DNA of 64,000 nucleotides from Tubiluchus corallicola (lineage: Eukaryota; Animalia; Priapulida), in contig JAQGDQ010000202.1 in the NCBI GenBank assembly GCA_030141605.1, positions 156,099 to 220,098 on the forward strand, read 5' to 3'. The position numbers were made by a program, and so were the translations under genes. Within the stretch, counting starts at the first letter, position 1. Every line of letters begins with the position of its first letter. Shown here piece by piece: positions 63,431 through 64,000 of the stretch. The notes beneath the pieces were generated by a model. It saw nothing but the letters and a program-made list of their open reading frames with translations. It was not told the DNA's origin and made no database searches.

Positions 63431-63855
63431 CTTAACAAACAAAACAAATAAAATGCGGACAAATTATATTACCGTTTGAAAGACTGCTTTTAACTGCAGT
63501 TGCAAGAAAAAGACTTGGAAAATCATAACAATGAAATTGATTTGGGCAATTTTTTTATTCGTACAGATTAGTCCGTCTACATTAACCATTTCACTACATA
63601 CAATGGCACCAATAATTGAAGTGTTCTTCAAAAGTCATTAAAAATCAGACCGTATTAATGCAATTGTAGATATACCCAGTAAACATGTCAACATTTAAAA
63701 CTTTCAGAATTCAGCATATGCATGTAAAAAATGAAAGTATTACCCCGTACAATGTAACATTGTACAGCTAATACACAGTGACTAGTGCAGAACACAAAAC
63801 ATTGGGCTATTCGCATGCAAAGTACAGACTTTAGTATTAGTGCTATTTAGTAATA

Positions 63856-64000
63856 CAGTGGCCGCCGCTTATTGTGGACACGTTGGGCCAGCAGTGTATG
63901 TCCATATTAAGCGGCTGTCCATATTAAGCGAAGTGACCCATGAAGACCCTTCCCCTTCATTAAAAAAGGCAAAAAACTGTCTGTATCAACTTGTCTCCTG
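63856..64000. mobile_element. Left end of a probable Tc1/pogo-type MITE running off the window
   Basis: ta|cagtggccgccgcttattgtggacac followed by a tandem tgtccatattaagcg repeat; the partner TIR is not visible. Confidence 0.45.

Overview
AT-rich, intron-rich genomic DNA from an animal, probably an invertebrate bilaterian; the GT-AG introns and the hAT, pogo, L2 and LTR repeats point to a eukaryote. Five protein-coding genes were reconstructed by reading splice sites. (1) The 3' end of a cation-independent mannose-6-phosphate receptor (IGF2R/CI-MPR, +, 157-8029). (2) A five-coding-exon CCR4/nocturnin/angel-type EEP phosphoesterase (+, 12300-16734). (3) A full-length DOCK-C GEF (DOCK6/7/8-type, +, 26054-32281) encoded by one uninterrupted 6.2-kb coding exon. 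(4) Casein kinase I alpha (+, 35723-51007, 10 coding exons). (5) The 3' part of the mitochondrial RNA helicase SUV3 (-, 52958-63430, continues beyond the window). The strongest oddity is the intronless giant DOCK gene, probably a retrogene, lying downstream of a transposon cluster among intron-rich neighbours. Three neighbouring genes also carry local exon duplications: a 7-copy array spanning a CI-MPR splice acceptor, a diverged duplicate of the EEP gene's last exon, and a CpG-decayed copy of CK1alpha exon 5. All family calls come from recalled motifs; no database searches were run.
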